In this document: positions 37,342-48,800 of the stretch, piece after piece
Numbering within the stretch: position 1 is the stretch's first letter
Layout: every line of letters begins with the position of its first letter
Assembly: GCA_002633005.1 (NCBI GenBank)
Contig: NMRA01000113.1
Coordinates: 464,441-528,440 of the forward strand
Direction: 5' to 3'
Origin: Phoronis australis
Lineage: Eukaryota > Animalia > Phoronida
Length of the DNA: 64,000 nt
Notes under the pieces: generated by a model
Told to the model about the DNA's origin: nothing
Databases searched by the model: none
What the model saw: only the letters and a program-made list of their open reading frames with translations
Made by a program: the position numbers and the translations under genes

Positions 37342-38760
37342 CCTTTTTTTTGCACCCACATATATATTTGTGAGCGTATGTTGCCATTATGTTTGTCCTG
37401 CACTTGGCTACTTTATCTTCAAAAATGATGGATAGACATGAAGCGTTCCTGTTATGGCTAGGATGGCACATGCAAATTTTTGGCTGCTTCTGTGCCCTGG
37501 TAGCAATTGTGTTTTTAGGACAATCACTGTATATCCAGAGTCCCATGACAGACTTTTATGAAATTTGGTTTATAGGTTTCTTTCAAGAATATGAAGTCAC
37601 ATTCTTTTTCTCTGGCAGATTCAGAATATTTTGTGCCTCCTAGTGGTCATTTGTATTACTTTCTGGTATCTGTCTCTCTCTACCCCCAAACTGTTGAAGT
37701 TAGTCATTATAAGAATTGGCTGATGTATTACTGCTGAAAAGACATGTACCATGTTTAACGTGGAATTACAAACATGTCCGATGGGTGTTTTTTTGCCTGT
37801 GGCACAATATCTACCAAGTTTTATATAGATCTTCATAAAATTTGGTATACATTTGTGCATATGTTTCTTATGAGGAGAGTTGATTTTGGGATGAGTCTGA
37901 TGCATCAACACTTGCCCAGTTTCAGTGAGATTGAAGCTATGCTGCGCCCCTGACGACCTTTTCATGTGTTTGACCTCCAAAGAAAGGTGTCAGGTGTGTT
38001 CCTATTGAGGAGAGTATGGCTGGTATTGATTTTCGGACTGATCCAACTACTTTGGTACCCTCTAGTGGTAATTTTGTTTTTCTATGTGTCTGGCTCCACC
38101 TACCATTTTCTTTAGTGTTGTATCTTTTAAAAATTTAACGATGAGATTTTATTGAGAGCGTGGCTGCTGTCGATTTCCGTGGAGATCCGACTATTTTGGT
38201 GCCCCCCTGGTAGCAGTCTTAGTTTTCTTTGCCTTTGCCTCAATTTATACCAATTTTTATGTATTTTTATGAAATTTAACAGACTTTGATCCTAGTAAGC
38301 AGAGCACAATAGTCACTGAGTTTTGGATTCTAGTGGACTCTCTCTGGCAGCAATTATAAAGTTTTGACATTGTGGCTCCTATTGAGGAGAGCTTAGTCAG
38401 CATTAATTTATGTACCTAACGAATATAACATCACCGTTTGGCAAGTTTAGTTTTCTTCAATATCTACCACATCCTATGCTAGAACTTTGTAAAATGTGAG
38501 AGATATGTCCGTATCAGATAGATCAGGTGAATGGTGTGTGCCCCTTGTGTCAATTTGTTTTTTCCAGAGGCCTCCATATATGTCAAACTGCTAACAGATG
38601 TTGATGAATATTATTTTTTTGTGAAATTATGTTTGTAAAACATTTAGTCAGATTGAGGCGCAACATGTTAGTTTGATCATATGACAATGACACTCTTCAG
38701 CACAGCCTCTGAACATAAACAGAGGAGAGGATGTAGAGCGTTCTGTGTTGCTCTTATTTG
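37342..38760 (-). mobile_element. Long copy of the HINE-like repeat family in reverse orientation
   Basis: Reverse-complement terminal hairpin TTTTTGCACCCACATATATATTTGTGAGCGTA at ~37345; subunits GTGCCTCCTAGTGG, GTACCCTCTAGTGG and GTGCCCCCTGGTAG; the other end TGTTGCTCTTATTT resembles the start at 8326. Confidence 0.5.
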
Positions 38761-41314
38761 TGTTCTGCTGAAGCATTGTGGTCATAATTGTATGTAAATG
38801 TCCCTCTGTGTAAATGTTATTCATTGTATTTCTAAGTGACTCTATTGCCAGTGATTGGGGTAGTATCTTTCTCGTATGGGCGTGGTTAATTACGAAATCA
38901 AAATCAACTTATGAAAGCTTCTGTGATAAGTTAGGAATGAATAATCTACTTGACAAAGACGAGTAGTAGTTTACAGTTTTTAGAGAAAGTGGGAACTTAA
39001 AAAAATGCTGGTGAACTATTGGCCTATCGTTTCCTCACATCTGTTTTGGGGGAAAGCAACAATGAATTAGCATATATGGCGAAGAAGGCCATGTTCAGTA
39101 ATGAACTAAGTTAAACAAATCATGTATCCTTCAGATGTTTGAGTTTGCAACCTCATAACGCTGTATAAAGAGTTCAAGTTTTATTTTCTGCACTCATTTT
39201 TAATAATAGGTGGTAATACCATTTGGTAACTCCACGTTGTTCAAAGAACTGGTGCGGTGCCCTCTACAAGATCTAAAAATGTTGGCTGAAACTAGGAAAT
39301 GCTGACATTCGGGTGGGCCTATATATGTTTATGATAGGATGAATCAACTACACGGTAGAGCATGGTCTACACAGAACAGTGCTTGCGACACAGTCGGTAT
39401 AGTTTTGGAAAAGTATTTACTGCGAGTCAATTGCACCTTGCAGAAAACGGAATGCAGTGTGTCAAAAACTAAAAATTTGTACTTACAACATAGCGATTTA
39501 CTAAAAGCTGAATTTCGCTCAGTTTACGCGTGATGTTGATTTCTTAACGGAAGCTCATGTGGTTTAATAACCAAACCCTAGTGATCTCACCTTGAGTTGC
39601 TGCCAAGTCATAGACAGTGCGTATACACTCATGCGCCATTTTCGAATTCGCAATTTTAGTGTTGGCCAGATCCAGTAAGCTCTGAATCGCTTTCTTTGGT
39701 CGACATTCTTGCTGGTGGAATCCTATTTTGGCAAGGAGTATTATGAGACCGATTTTATTTTAGCACAAGGCCCATTTCGATTTTTAGCCAGCTGAACAGC
39801 GTGAAATGCAGGTTAAAGAATTTAAAAGTCACTGAATATTTCAAGGTTTTTAGCTCGATTTCAGAAGAAATTTAACTGAAGCTGGGAGTTCACATCGTTG
39901 CCCTGAAACCAAATGTGGGAGAAAATTTGTTGATCGTGAAAACATAATTTGTCTGTAAAAGTGACGTCTTTGAGATAGACGAGGAGTTTCGTTTTAAATT
40001 CGGGTGTTCGATGTTTGATTACGATTGTAAATTTATAGGGGAAATTTGTACATATTCTGATTTCTATAGACTTATGAAGAACCTTCCTCAGTGGAACACT
40101 TGTGTAAATATCGTGTGTTATTTTTCTTTATTTCATTTGCAATGTACTGTTGGACCAGTGGCTCTGTTTGTGCAAATACATTATTTCTGTAAGTGTTCCC
40201 TGATCTACTTATTCTTGCGGGCAAAAAGGACTAGACTCTCGGCCTAGCCGTGATGTCGGCAGTGACATAAAGTAAGAAAGCAAAATGTTTATTTTACATC
40301 GGTGTGGGGTAAAGCAACAAAACAACCATGGCATAAGTGGTAGTTACCGATACAATAAACAGAGAAAGAATATTTACAGAGCGGTGGTTCCTGTATGAAT
40401 CAAAGACATGTAACAGATACAGTTTTAACACTCGTAGTCATTTTAAAGAAGAGTCGTAATTACGTAGTTTTCAGGCCATTCCATAAAAGACACACCTCTA
40501 CTACGAATGGACCAGTAGCCAAGAAATATGGAAACCGATAATATGTTTTGTTAGATTGGTTGTGGAAATGCGAAACATTTAAGAGGAGCTAGGTCTATAT
40601 GGTGGACTTCACTCCATGTGAATTACTAATGCAACAGTGTTTGCCCTGAAGAGTAGACTGGTGATCATGAAACACAAACTTTAGGGCACGAAACTGAATC
40701 TTAAAGCATTTTCTGCCCTGTACTATGCCGCTAGAGTCCCAAACGGTAAGAGTGTGATTTACCAGAAGCATGATATACTTTTTGTTCATTATCAAGCTTG
40801 TTGCAGAGTAGTTATTATTGCTATATGCTTAGAAGCTCTGGCACATAATCAACAAGCTGATGGAAAGTCAGCTTATGGCCAGTAGACCAAGGTGTCTATA
40901 GGAGTTCACACATGGAATGACACCATCACCAACATAACTAAAATTCTCAGCTTGACAGATTTTAATATAAAATATCCATGTTTGCATTCACGTGATCGAT
41001 TTAACCATGTGCTCGTGCCAACTGCAATGCCTCATTCGTTACACTGTTTCAGACTTTTAATGCTTTCATGGTAGTAAACTATGAACAATACCAATGGATT
41101 ATTGGTAGAACTGCGCTTAAATAATGAATTCTTTTTGGATGGAAATTGAAGTAATGTTTGATTTATGTGATCCATTTAATTGACCTCTCCTGTAAAAGCA
41201 GGGTAAACGCCAGCAGTTTACAGTTTACAAAATAAAGTAAGTGTTTAAAGTTAAGTTACAAACAAAATACATCTGAAAGCAATGCGTTCATCAGTATTAT
41301 GTGAGCATACATCT

Positions 41315-41457
41315 TGGGGGGCGCAGCACTGAAAAAAGTGGGAGGATAAAGCCCCCCCCCCCAGCCCCCCTGTGGTGCACCGCTTATAGACCACGGGCGG
41401 CGCAACACTGAAAAAAGTGGGGGCTATAGTCCCAGCCCCCTATGGTGCGCCGCCCAT
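41315..41457. mobile_element. Second copy of the dimeric MITE seen at 34392
   Basis: GGGGGGCGCAGCACTGAAAAAAGTGGG...ATAGACCA...GCAACACTGAAAAAAGTGGGG...GGTGCGCCGCCCAT. Confidence 0.75.
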
Positions 41458-42744
41458 GTAACATCAATTGCAAAATTCTTCACTACATTTCACGAGCCAG
41501 ATAACTTTAAAGTAATAAACGGGGTGCGTCTATATCCGGAGTATCAAGCAGTTTTAGTCAAATGGTTAACGTATGGGTACATCCGCCAAAATCCAGATAT
41601 TGGCGCAGGTTCAAACATTGGCGCATAGGCCTACATATGCGCATGTAACATAATAATGCTACGTTTGAATAAATACGAAACTAGTTCGGGTTAGTAATTT
41701 TATCACACAAACGATTTCATTAAACCCTGAAATCCTCAACAGCATTTCCAATGTGAAAGCATGTATCACGTGTTGACAGGCACTGAAACCAATGGTTAAA
41801 TAGTATTTGTATTTCATACACACAACGATAACTAACTGGCATCGCTGCATCTTATTTTTTTCTTATATACACGTAGCGAGCTAGCTTTCTAATTTCAAAA
41901 GTTTTTCTTTTGCTAGTAGAACAAAACCTTCTGTTCCTGGTTGCATGAAACGGTCGCAAATGGGGACCCAACTAAGGTCTTTAAATTTAATGTGTGCTTG
42001 TGGAATTTTGAAATCACTGAATGTCCTTTCTTATGCTGTTTTAGTTTCATTACATTACGAAACAAACGTGCAAAAGATTTCGGGAACTTAGTTGAATTCC
42101 TATTTGGGACTGTTTCATGCAATCGGTCACTGGTTTTAATTCATTGCTCATCATTGAAAATTAAGTGGGAATTTTGCAGGTGTATGAAGGAGTTCATTCA
42201 TTAACTCGGCAATACATCTCATGGAAATCTAAAGCTGTGGAAATTCAAGGGTCTTGATCAATTGAAATCTTATTAGAAGTCTCTGTTCTTTTCTCAGCAA
42301 CTTTTTTCTGATTGTTTAAAGCTACATTTCACCGCGTTTACTAGCCGGCTAAAAACACGGGCCCTTTTTGATTTGGAGTTTTTTAAGGGTTGACCAATTT
42401 AATTAACACTGAAGCGTTTTTTCGAGTTCTTGATCATTTCGATGTTCTTGTTAGTGACAGAAACAGAATCCTACCACCCTAAGGATTAGTACGAGATGCC
42501 TTATGAGAGTAAAATGGCAAATTCAGTTTCCGTTTTTAACCAACTGAATAGCGCGAAACGCAGCTTTAAAATTTTTGATGCCTTGTTTTTCACAGTTTGA
42601 TTGGATTTTTGAATGGCCTGTTAATGAAAATTAATTTGAATTTAAACTGCCTCGTTCACGCTTAGGCTGACTTCATCACTGATCCGGTAGGATTCTGTAA
42701 GAAGAGAGTTCTAAAAAAACAGAAATAAAGCTAACGTGGCCTGG

Positions 42745-43130
42745 TCATGGTTACTGTCATTTGCCGTGCACAGGCCTCATGGATGGGCCCATTGCACCAA
42801 ACATCTGAGCTAAAAGCACGAGAGCCCCGTTATGGTTCTTCGTGAAGGAAGTTTTCAAGTCTGCCTGTCTCCTTTAAGAAAACGGACAGACGTTTCCATT
42901 TGTTACCATGCACAATATGTTGTAGGCTTGTAACAGTGCCATCCAGTAGGCTGCTCTTTAGCCTGTAGTAAAAAGCTGGGCAAGACTCTACCAGGTGTTC
43001 AATGTCAGTACCACACTTGGGACACACTGGCTTGCTTACAGTGGCCCGTCAAAATTTGAATGACGTGTCTTATGCCCAATCTATCAAATTTCAGATGTTT
43101 TTTTGAACCTACTGGTTAGTATAGAGGGAC
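42745..43130 (-). mobile_element. 3' fragment of a LOA/I-group LINE
   Basis: Minus strand RLGIRHVIQILTGHC../CPKCGTDIEHLVESCPAF...KRLSVFLKETGRL* (C-terminal CCHC region), followed by the 3'UTR GGTGCAATGGGCCC...GGCCTGTGCAC of the type recalled for LOA-like elements. Confidence 0.65.
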
Positions 43131-43569
43131 TCGAATGAAAAAATCATTGGGCTGTAATGTGATTACATGTTCCCTCAGTAATGTACCGGGCATTCAAGGT
43201 CATAGCCCTACCGCTACTGTGGCAATTTGAATCATGTATTATTTTGCTACGTTCTTACCTATTCCAATATGAAAATCAAGCTTGATGTTTGAAATTAGTG
43301 CCCGGTTGATGTTTGATCAAGTGGTGAACCAAACATTCACTAACTGGTTGCAATACATTTTTAATAACTTCAGAACACTTCTGAGCGCATTCGCTTTGTT
43401 TTCTACCCAATTTCAAGTTTAAAGAAGCCACGCCCTTGCGTAAACTTGGAAGAATTCAATTTCTGCTTTACAAAATAATCAAGGTGTGAACCAAAGGTGC
43501 TCTAACTGGTTTCAATACATTGTAAATGCATTCTATAATACTTCTTAGAAAACTTCAGAGCGCATTCAC

Positions 43570-43965
43570 GGGCCTTGGCCAAGCTGCCGAAGGCAGCAAC
43601 GATCGACGGGGACTGACGGCTTGTGGGCGGGCCTCGGTGGCCAAAAGCTACTGAAGGCAGCGCCGACGGGACTGACGGCGAGTGGGCGGGCCTCGGCCAT
43701 GCCGCCGAAGGCAGCGCCGACGTACGTGGACCCGCTGACGGCGGGTGGGCGGGCCGGCCTGATCAGCCAAGCTGCTTGAAGGTAGCGCCGACGGGGACCG
43801 ACGTAGTAGCCAGAACCGAGTAGGCGGGATGGGCCAACTTGAAGCCCAACGCCGGAGGCTGCGCGTGCCCTGTCGGCTTAGTAGCCATGCAGAGCCGCGT
43901 AGGCGGCCGGGACAGGCCAAGCCGCCGTGGAAGGCGGCGCGTGCCCAGTCCCGTAGTAGCCCGGC
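43570..43965. repeat. GC-rich island with ~60-bp degenerate tandem units carrying GCTGCC-GAA-GGCAGC mini-hairpins
   Basis: About 4 units of GGCC..AAGCTGCCGAAGGCAGCGCCGACGGGACTGACGGCG.GTGGGCGGGCC; much richer in GC and CpG than the flanks. Confidence 0.8.
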
Positions 43966-44235
43966 AGTGGTGAGTCTTAGTGAATCACTCAGAAACTCAC
44001 AATTCTCTCTTTGTCAAACCTTAATTTAAGACGATTTCCAAAGCAATCGCGTCATTATTGCCAACACGAAAAACGGATTTGGTCTTTTGGGCAAATGAAG
44101 ACAACAAATTTGTTAAGAACCGATTGCACAAAATATAAAACGTGTACTAAGCATTACAAAAAGAAGTAGGTTTCGCGCGCAAACCCTGTGGACCATAAAC
44201 AAGAACGTTTCGTTGAAACTAAGTAAAATTTAAAT

Positions 44236-44300
44236 CGTGGTGGTGTAGTGGTAAAGCACGCGCGTTCTATCCGCCTGGTCGTGGGTTCAAATCTGTGGAC
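44236..44300 (+). pseudogene. tRNA-derived sequence (Pol III A and B boxes), not a functional tRNA
   Basis: A box TGGTGTAGTGGT and B box GGGTTCAAATC with tRNA-like spacing; no coherent acceptor or anticodon stem. Confidence 0.55.
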
Positions 44301-45024
44301 ACCTTATTCCTTTTTTGTTTTTTCATGCCTTTTTTCTTAGATAATACTTCAGGAATCAAGGAAAATGCTTGATTTTTAGAGGAACAAACAGAAAAATTTC
44401 CTGGGCGGGAGGGGGATTTGCCCGACCTCCCCCCATTCGGTACTATGCGCATCTACAATCGTGCTTCAAGCAAAGTTTGCGCAAATGCTATACTGTACAG
44501 ACAAAATGTTGGCCCCCCTTGTGATACCCTAGATCCGCCTCTGCTCACAATCAAAATCATGACCACTATTCGACTCGCGGCCAAAATTCACTTAAAAGTT
44601 GCACACTAGATGTCTCAAATGCGTGAAATTGAAATAGTTCACTCAAGATTCCAAGTTCACATACCCCGGTAACCGTACTACAACACGGGGGCCTCAAATT
44701 TCCTATGGTCAATACGATTTACCGCCAGGAGGCGTTGTCAAGTCTTTATGATTGGAGGGACAATTGTTATGAAACCAAAGGTGTCGCTTCAACTGAAGCG
44801 TCTTAGTAACGAGTTTAAAAAGCGAGGAAATTTGGGTAAAATAATCATGTTAACTACGACCAACTCCAAAGGGCCGGTAGTAATGACACAGATTTAAAAA
44901 GAACTATTTTTTTGCTGTCAAGGTAAGGTAATCAGTAATAAGAATTTGAATTGAGTTGTTTCTGCGACAGGGTGAATGGCATGTTTCAGCGTCCAGTTCA
45001 TTGACATTGTCTGAACACAGCTTG

Positions 45025-45086
45025 ACAGGCACCTTTAATCAGCCCTCGACGATATATATCGCCGAGGGCTGATTAAAGGTGCCTGT
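45025..45086. repeat. 62-bp near-perfect palindrome
   Basis: ACAGGCACCTTTAATCAGCCCTCG-A-CGATATATATCG-C-CGAGGGCTGATTAAAGGTGCCTGT. Confidence 0.95.
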
Positions 45087-45879
45087 GGTCTTAAAGTATT
45101 CTACTCCGTGTTGAAGGAATTTTTGAATGAATCAACAGTAGGATATCATGAGGGGGCCTCAACATTCTACTTTGTGCCTATCTCAGTGCAACTGATTACT
45201 GATTGTCTCACACCCATCGTAGGCATCGTAGCCAGCAATGGCCCAAGTTGAAACTTCTTGTTTTGAGCCACAAAAAGTGTCTGAAGACTCTGGAAGCATT
45301 ATGTGGAGTCCATAATTATATTAATGAGCTGTAATCACCAAGTCTGAAGACGAAAATTCTAACAAAGTCTGAGTCTGTGGAAGTCATAGACAGTGACCCG
45401 CACCATCTCTAGCTGGCCCGACAATGGACAGTGACCACCGTCTTTACTGGCACCGCTAGTAGAGACAGTGGAGGTCCTATTGGCGCTTCATATGCTGGAA
45501 GCTTTTCGATGAATTATGCCTCACACTGACTTGTACAAAACTGTTGATGCAGCTACACAGTGCCATGAAAACCAGGTCAAGTTTCTAATGATTTGGGTAT
45601 GCAGCCAGGTGATTATCCTGTAATGGCACTGCTCAACAGATTAACTTTTTATTGATAAAATAAAGTATACTGAACAATTTGTAAGGAACCAGTTGCATAT
45701 GAATAATAAATTAAAAATACGTACACTACCATAACTGCAATTATCGCCATTCCATTGTCTTATTTCCAATTGTATGTGCAAGTTATGGTTCTTACTTTAC
45801 TTTCTTGTTCTGTAACATGCAGGTTGGCTCAGGAACAGTGGAATTTTGGAGACTTTGACGCAGTACATGGTCAAATGTG

Positions 45880-48800
45880 ATGGGAAAGCAAAGCAGAACA
45901 GGAAGTGATACAAGTACACCATTAGGTGCAAAGGGGAAAGGTTGAGTTTAAACAGATATGTAAAGGAATAACTACATCAAATACAATATGAATATCAACA
46001 ACAGTCTGATAATACGAGACAATCTATCTGTTTTGAAGACCTGAGAAATATATGCCATGAATGTTGCATCACATTGTATGACTCCGTTTAGAATGGAATG
46101 TACAGAACTGAGTTGTCGACTGCTGAGACATGATTCCATCATTTGAGTGCTTGTACTCTTAGTCAGTCTAAGTAAAGTTAAAAGTGTTGCATAAACAGTT
46201 TGAAGTTCAAATAAATTATGCTATGTAGAACAATCATGCAATGTGACTTTATTTCACCTTACTGTTGTAAATATTTGTTATTTATAATTTGTTTAACCAA
46301 AAACTACAAAGAGGACATTTTCTTCATATTTTAGATGAACCTGTGAAGAAAAAGAAGTGGAGAAAATCTCTTGTGAAAGCAGTGAAGCCATCAAACCTTC
46401 AAGAAGAGCGCCAGACATTTATGAAGAAACAGTTTGAATACAATCCACAATTCACATACGTCCACCCTATAGACACTGAATTTCATCCAAAGTTTGGATA
46501 CGTTTCAAGCAAATACCTTCCAGAAGTATGCAGTTTTTTGTTTCCATTGTGAAAATGTCTCTGTAAGACATGAGATACATGATGGCAAAAACAAACATAG
46601 GATTTTTCATATAGGGTTAACATTGAACATTGATTGCAATGTTTTTTTTTCTAAAGGATGCAGGACATTTGCATAGTACAGGGATATTGTTTTTAGTGTA
46701 CAATAAGCAATGCAAAAATTCTGAAAATGTTTCATCAAAAATTGAAGACAGAGTTAGAGTCAATTTAGGGAATGCAAAATACCTTTGTTTCTCATTTTAT
46801 TACAAAATCATTACATCTGTTATGATTTCAATCAACTTCAGAAATTATTAAGAATTATTTGGTAACTAATTACTATAAGAGATGTTTTTTGTCTTGAATA
46901 GTGATTTCTTACTTCTTACATATGTAGGCATTTTCAGTGAATATTGTGACTTATTTTTTACACTGTTGAGTTAAGAAATTCCTTTTATTGACTTCTGAAG
47001 TGGAAATAATGTCGCAAACTTTTTGAGATTCCTGCACTAGTCCTCTATGTTAGTATAGATGGTGTAATTCATCATTGCTACATTCTTACTGATTAACGGT
47101 ACAGTACACTTTAAAAGCTTATGCAGTGCTGACATATCAACACAGCTCATTACTTGATATTGTCTATTGCTTTCTCATGATTGTCACCTCTGATAAAACA
47201 GGCATGCATTTCAAGTGCAAATCCAGACATTACTGAAGATTGTTCTGTGAGATTTGGAGATATTTAATGTGTCAGACTTACTGTTTACTGTGTTTGCAGG
47301 CTATCCATATTTTAAAAACCACGCTGGCACGGTTTGGAAGTTATGAAGAGTTTGCGCGAGTTTCTGGTGGAAATGTATTGTCTCTTGGTACATTAAAGCA
47401 ACGAATACAGGATTATATAGAAATTGAGGGACTGGAGGAGCAGATTGATGTGGTGGTGTCTGAGCACTGTGTCTCCAGAGGATGTCTGACTAAGATTGGA
47501 AAAGCAAGGCACCGCCTCACAGTGAAACCAGACATCAGAGAAGGATGGATAGATGGATTACTACGTCATGAAGTTGGTAAGGGGTCAAAGATGCTCACCC
47601 ACTACAGATTACGTTATTTATCGAGTTGGTGTCATTTACTAGTTTCTGAACAAATTCCAATTAAATGTGATCAACTGAATTAGTTTTAAAAATACACTTT
47701 TTTTCTAATAATTAACTAAAATGCAAATAATTGTACTTATCTGAATTAATGCCTATGTCTTGTATGCACCTCAAAATCATCACACCCATGCTGACTTATG
47801 TGTATTAGACACAGAACCAAAACCCTACATGTGCTGACCAAGTGAGTTGCACACCAACTTTCATGCAAGCCGATCATGGTTGCAAACATTTCCCATATCA
47901 CACGCTCAACAAATGTACTTTGCAAATCAACCATTCGGGTAAATGCCCACCCCCAGCCTCTCAGAAATTTTTAAAAGATACGCTTGTCCTAACTTACCAA
48001 CCAAGGAGGCAGTGTGGCCTAGTGTGATAGGTGCCTGCCTTCTTTACTCAAGGTCGTGGGTTTGAGTCCAACTGGGCCACACTGTTAAACCCTTGATTCA
48101 GGTTTCTAGCTCCTCAGCTCGGTTTTAACTACATATTAATAAAGCACAGAAATAGTTCCAGGTGACCAATGCAATGGGCCCACATGTGCCGCCTGCGCAT
48201 GTCTGGTACAACATGTACCAAACTGCCTGCAATTATTTTTTATAACTTCCCAACCTGTTGGCATTCTGGGCTTGGCTTTTCATAATCGTAATAAATCAAT
48301 TATCTTCACTACCAGGACCATAAAACAATTGTTAATCTGTGTTCAGTTACACAGTCCAAGTGGGACAGTTGTATGACTAAGAGCAGGGCTTGAAAAAATA
48401 GATAACAGTCTTTTTGAAACATATACATATATGGCCATAGGCCCAAAGTATAACATATACAGGACAGAACATTGTGAAGTGCGTTACAAACTGGATAATA
48501 AATTGTGACGCTTGAGAGCATGGTGGACGAATTTTAGAAGTAGGATATCCGGAGTTCCCATGAGAGATTCAAATTTAGGTGTTGTGGGAGAATGACAGGA
48601 ATGACCTCAGTGTGGAGAGGAGAGATGACGATTACGAATTCGACTACTGTGGTGACTCGTAGTGGTAGTTATGTTTTTTGGGCCCATGGCTGTATCTCCT
48701 AAACCATTTGCAGGATCTTTTCTAAATTTAGCAAGTGTATTTACATGATGTTGGCAACAGATGACAACTTTCGGACAGATCTGACTACCAGTGTGCCCCC

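Noticed and set aside
43570-43820. Tandem hammerhead ribozymes (CTGACGG ... GAAG)
   Set aside because: The core needs CTGANGA and GAAA; neither is present in the right arrangement.
44236-44300. Functional tRNA gene
   Set aside because: A and B boxes are present, but no acceptor or anticodon stems can be formed.
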